From: Limisphaerales bacterium
Lineage (GTDB): Bacteria > Verrucomicrobiota > Verrucomicrobiia > Limisphaerales > JAJOIW01
Assembly: GCA_965657355.1 (NCBI GenBank)
Contig: CBFHOE010000006.1
Coordinates: 175,217-239,216 of the forward strand
Length of the DNA: 64,000 nt
Direction of reading: 5' to 3'
Position numbers and translations under genes: made by a program. Below the pieces are notes generated by a model, which saw nothing but the letters and a program-made list of their open reading frames with translations, was not told the origin of the DNA and did no database searches. Shown here piece by piece: positions 60,532-64,000 of the stretch; position 1 is the first letter of the stretch; every line of letters starts with the position of its first letter.

Positions 60532-62178
60532 ATGGAATTAACGCCCGAAAAACGATTTTTAAAATGCGATAGAGCTCTGTTTCGAATCTTCGTAGCTTTG
60601 ACGATTTTGTTTTTACAAGCTTCGATTTTTGCCAGTGCCGATGAATCAAAACCTGCAATAACACTTAGCTGGTATGGTAAAACGAATTACGAATCCTTTA
60701 ACGCTTTACCCCAGATAAAAAAGGTCACATCCAATAAAGAGCTCACAGAATCAGTATCAAAAGCAAAATCTTACATTAGTGAAAAAGTTTTCTCAGGGTT
60801 GAAGGGAAAATTTTCCAGTAAGCCTTTGGCATGGAAACTTTTAAACAGTGACTTTGTCTTTTTGTCCTGGCCGAGTCGTGGTAAAGATGACTCTCCCGAA
60901 GGGTGGGCGTTGGCTATCAAAAATGCTGATGTAAACGATTTCATGCTGGGTGAAGCGGCCCATAGATTAGGCATTGGCCTGGATGGCTTGAAAAGTGATT
61001 CTAGCGAAGCCGCTGCCGGCGTCGTCGAATCCAAGGTGGTTGGTGAAAAAATTTGGCGACTTGGTAGGTTTAATGACTGGTTGCATCTCTCATCATTTAA
61101 TAAATCGGTATCACCAAAATTTATTCCTGAGCTCAAAATAGCAAATGCACTCACGGTGGCAGACGAAAAGGCTAAAGGCGGCCGGTTGATGTTGCTTAAT
61201 GCTGATGCAAATCGCTTACCGTTTTTAAAAATGCTCTTCCTCGGTGTCGGCGACTCAAACTTACCCGTCATCTCAGTTGAAGGAAAAATTAAAAATGAGA
61301 ATATTCGTATAGATGGTTACTTCGACTTTGACCAACCTCTCGACATAAGCCTCAGTGATTGGAAGCTTCCTGAATCAACGCTTAGAGATCCCGTTACCGG
61401 TTTTACTGCTATTCGCGGTTTAAAGAGTATCGTAAAAGGGTTTAATAAAGAAGTTGCTGATGTCATGCCCGAAACCGACCAAATGATAGTGGCAACTGAG
61501 TTTCACGGGCAGTTTTCCTTTGTCATGCGCTGGTTTCTGCCGGTCGACGAATTAAAGAGTAATTTTGATAAAAGTAAAAATGGGATCTCAGAAGTGATCG
61601 GTAAATTCTTATCGAAAAGTCCCTTTGGAAGACTTTCTTTTAACGAGGAAGAGCCGAGATTAAGTTGGGCTGGATTACCGATCATCGTTCCATACCTCAC
61701 CGGCTTAGATTTAAAAGATGATGGCAATTTTCTTGAAATAGGATTCCTTCCTTTAAAAACCAAAGAGAGAAAACCTGTCCCTCAGGCATTGCTTGATCAA
61801 GTCACCAAATCCGATAATGTTATCTTTTACGACTGGGAGTTGACTCCACAAAGGGCTTTGACCATTTCTTCCTTGGTGAACGTTTATGAAATTTTAAACT
61901 ACACGACACTCATCAGAACACCTGGAAGTGCCATTGGTAAAAATAGCCCTTCACCGCCAAACCCCCAATCAGCAATGAAAATAATAAAGGCTCTGACAAA
62001 TGTATCAGGTAACACTGTGACTCAGATCCAAAAAGAATCTCCTACCAGGTGGAAATTTCAAAAGACAAGTAAATTAGGTCTTGGATCTTTCGAAATAGTT
62101 GCCTTGAGTAGGTTCTTATCCATCCCGGAGATTGCTGGGCCATTGCACATTCAAAGTAAACCCAAAAAAGGTAAGTGA
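60532..62178 (+). CDS. exported hypothetical protein
   Basis: long clean ORF with signal-like segment ending IFASA; start ATG 60532 preferred. Confidence 0.75.
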   Translation: MELTPEKRFLKCDRALFRIFVALTILFLQASIFASADESKPAITLSWYGKTNYESFNALPQIKKVTSNKELTESVSKAKSYISEKVFSGLKGKFSSKPLAWKLLNSDFVFLSWPSRGKDDSPEGWALAIKNADVNDFMLGEAAHRLGIGLDGLKSDSSEAAAGVVESKVVGEKIWRLGRFNDWLHLSSFNKSVSPKFIPELKIANALTVADEKAKGGRLMLLNADANRLPFLKMLFLGVGDSNLPVISVEGKIKNENIRIDGYFDFDQPLDISLSDWKLPESTLRDPVTGFTAIRGLKSIVKGFNKEVADVMPETDQMIVATEFHGQFSFVMRWFLPVDELKSNFDKSKNGISEVIGKFLSKSPFGRLSFNEEEPRLSWAGLPIIVPYLTGLDLKDDGNFLEIGFLPLKTKERKPVPQALLDQVTKSDNVIFYDWELTPQRALTISSLVNVYEILNYTTLIRTPGSAIGKNSPSPPNPQSAMKIIKALTNVSGNTVTQIQKESPTRWKFQKTSKLGLGSFEIVALSRFLSIPEIAGPLHIQSKPKKGK

Positions 62179-62224
62179 AATTATTTTTGAGGATCCAAAT
62201 TAGATCTATCTCGATTAAGTTTTA

Positions 62225-62962
62225 ATGAAATTAGGAGTTAATATTGATCATTCCGCAACGCTTCGACAAGTCCGATACCGTGGAACTGAAGAAAATGGAG
62301 AGCCAGACATTATCGAAGTGGCTCTGCTTTGTGAAAAAGCTCAAGCAGACGGAATAACGGCTCACCTACGAGAAGATAGGCGACATATCATCGACTCTGA
62401 CATTTACAATCTCAACAAATCTATAAAAACAAGATTGAATCTTGAAATGGCTATCACGGGCGAGATGGTTGACATTGCTCATGAGATCCAACCGGCCTAC
62501 GTTTGTCTTGTTCCCGAAAAACGGGAAGAAGTCACAACAGAGGGAGGCTTAGACGTCCGGTCAAACCTTGAGGCCATCACCACGATTTCATCAAAACTTC
62601 AATCATCTGGCGCTACCCAGGTGAGTTGCTTTATCGATGCTGACGAAGACCAAGTACGGGCAAGCGCAGATTCAGGAGCTAAGCTCATAGAGATTCATAC
62701 TGGGCCTTACGCACATTCTTTCCATGATCCGGGGCATTTGAAAGTAGAGTTGGAGAAGGTGATCAAGGCTGCTGATTTGGCCCACGGTTTGGGTTTAGCT
62801 GTCAATGCAGGCCACGGGTTAAACTATTCCAATGTCAGAGCTCTTATCGAAGCTTACCCAGATTTTTATGAACTCAATATTGGGCATAGCATTATATGCC
62901 GGGCTTTGTTTGTTGGGATTGAGCAGGCTGTAGCTGAAATGCGGGACCTTATTCCCCAGTAA
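62225..62962 (+). CDS. pdxJ: pyridoxine 5'-phosphate synthase
   Basis: LGVNIDH, HLREDRRHI, TTEGGLD, EIHTG, NAGHGL, LNIGH. Confidence 0.97.
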   Translation: MKLGVNIDHSATLRQVRYRGTEENGEPDIIEVALLCEKAQADGITAHLREDRRHIIDSDIYNLNKSIKTRLNLEMAITGEMVDIAHEIQPAYVCLVPEKREEVTTEGGLDVRSNLEAITTISSKLQSSGATQVSCFIDADEDQVRASADSGAKLIEIHTGPYAHSFHDPGHLKVELEKVIKAADLAHGLGLAVNAGHGLNYSNVRALIEAYPDFYELNIGHSIICRALFVGIEQAVAEMRDLIPQ

Positions 62963-62990
62963 GCATAATCATCATCATCGCCTGTCCTGT

Positions 62991-63020
62991 AAAAGCTCCC
63001 GTCAACGGTGGGCTTTTTTT
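62991..63020 (+). terminator. intrinsic terminator after pdxJ
   Basis: AAAAGCTCCCGT-CA-ACGGTGGGCTTTTTTT. Confidence 0.65.
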
Positions 63021-63133
63021 GTGCCCAAATATAATTTACGTCAGGAACGAAATTATTATTAAAAAAGAATTTTTGCTGCCATTTGGATTTTTGTATGCAC
63101 AAAGGAGGTTTGAAATAGTAATTTGCAAGTGAG

Positions 63134-63535
63134 ATGGGATCAGAAAAAATTTGGATATTTCTTTGCGTGTTTCTTGGGTCGGGCCTTGGAGGGGTGGCGC
63201 GTTATGGTTCTGGAATCTGGCTTTACCAGGTGGCGCCTTCTCACTTCCCGACTTCGACACTGTGCGTGAACGTTGTGGGCTCTTTGTTAATCGGTGTATT
63301 GGCTTTTTTGTCTAAAAATGGAGAGGCGTGGATATCGAATGAAAATGTCCAGATAGGTCTCATGGTGGGATTCTGTGGTGGATTCACTACCTTTAGTTCG
63401 TTCAGCCTTCAAACTTTGGAGCTTTTTCAAAACGAAAGGTATTGGCTCTGTCTCTGGAATATATTAGGGAATTTCATCTCATGCCTTTTTGCCGTTTGGA
63501 CAGGGTATATTCTCACTCAAGCCATCAGAATCTAA
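63134..63535 (+). CDS. crcB: fluoride efflux channel
   Basis: GGVARY, TLCVNVVGS, GFCGGFTTFSSF. Confidence 0.94.
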   Translation: MGSEKIWIFLCVFLGSGLGGVARYGSGIWLYQVAPSHFPTSTLCVNVVGSLLIGVLAFLSKNGEAWISNENVQIGLMVGFCGGFTTFSSFSLQTLELFQNERYWLCLWNILGNFISCLFAVWTGYILTQAIRI

Positions 63536-63584
63536 ATCGCAGCGAACCACGTTTAGTGCTATACTTTGAGGCCGAGCGCGAGGA

Positions 63585-63785
63585 AAAAAGACAAAACAAA
63601 ACCGGGCCAAGCGGCCATGAGGGCAGCCTACGAGGCCCGGGGAATTTTCAGGTTCATGTGCAGCGTAGGATCATGCGGATTTCCCGACTAATGCCTGCAC
63701 GTACAAGAGTCGAAAGTATTTTTACCAGCTCAACATAATCCCACCAGTTCCGCTAAATTCGATCCATCCGGTGGGGTTGATGTAT
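63585..63785 (-). ncRNA. candidate ~200-nt three-hairpin small RNA
   Basis: hairpins at 63730-63780, 63655-63703 and 63602-63640; U-rich tail; TACTAT -10 box at 63791-63796. Confidence 0.5.
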
Positions 63786-63858
63786 TCAAAATAGTATGAA
63801 TGGCTGATTAATCAACAAAAAATTTTATTTTTTAATGTGTTCATGTCTAAATGGCGAG

Positions 63859-64000
63859 GTGGAATTGGAAAAAGTTGAGGTATATAAGGAAATTGAGATT
63901 CCGGAGGTGCAGCGCTTGAAGTCTGGAAAGGTGCGTGAAATTTTTGATTTAGGCGACCATTTGTTGATGGTAGCCACAGACCGGGTCTCTGCTTTCGATT
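63859..64000 (+). CDS. purC: SAICAR synthase, 5' partial (absent from the ORF track)
   Basis: reads [47 protein letters not shown]. Confidence 0.9.
   Translation, partial: MELEKVEVYKEIEIPEVQRLKSGKVREIFDLGDHLLMVATDRVSAFD

Noticed and set aside
62963..63133. Fluoride riboswitch upstream of crcB
   Set aside because: No GATGG...CTGATG-type consensus seen; only a terminator and AT-rich sequence
482..63738. Many 60-166 aa ORFs overlapping or antisense to confident genes (e.g. 5118-5528, 7756-8226, 60771-61271, 63442-63738)
   Set aside because: Shadow ORFs of well-supported genes with no independent motifs

Overview
Chromosomal segment of a bacterium, probably PVC superphylum and most likely Verrucomicrobiota (inferred from gene content such as a PVC-type CxxCH heme-binding dehydrogenase and exosortase/EpsI genes). 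1-30.6 kb is mostly housekeeping and carbohydrate use: nth, aldehyde dehydrogenase, trmB, nfeD-floA, fabI, rsmD, a LysR-linked SDR/TIM-barrel/Gfo-Idh-MocA/GH88 cluster, an AmiE-NamZ-like fusion, a CE15 esterase, murA, a GT4 and xerD. 30.7-59.2 kb is a surface-polysaccharide locus headed by a NusG paralog and a GbsR-type regulator. It has an AT-rich, tightly packed core (~36.1-51.2 kb) inside host-like flanks. 59.7-64 kb holds a sulfotransferase-like gene, a hypothetical, pdxJ, crcB and the start of purC. Main signals: (1) about 14 copies of a ~65-85 bp element (20-bp head, 3-5 degenerate heptamers, position-conserved but sequence-variable hairpin), seen only in intergenic spaces of the host-like parts of the polysaccharide locus and mostly as inverted pairs; (2) an aldolase + cytidylyltransferase + two dehydrogenases + DUF115 transferase set suggesting an unusual CMP-activated acid sugar; (3) two candidate structured small RNAs (29.2-29.4 kb and 63.6-63.8 kb); (4) an RHS/YD-repeat pseudogene remnant missed by the ORF track. 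All calls come from manual motif recognition; no database searches or folding programs were run.
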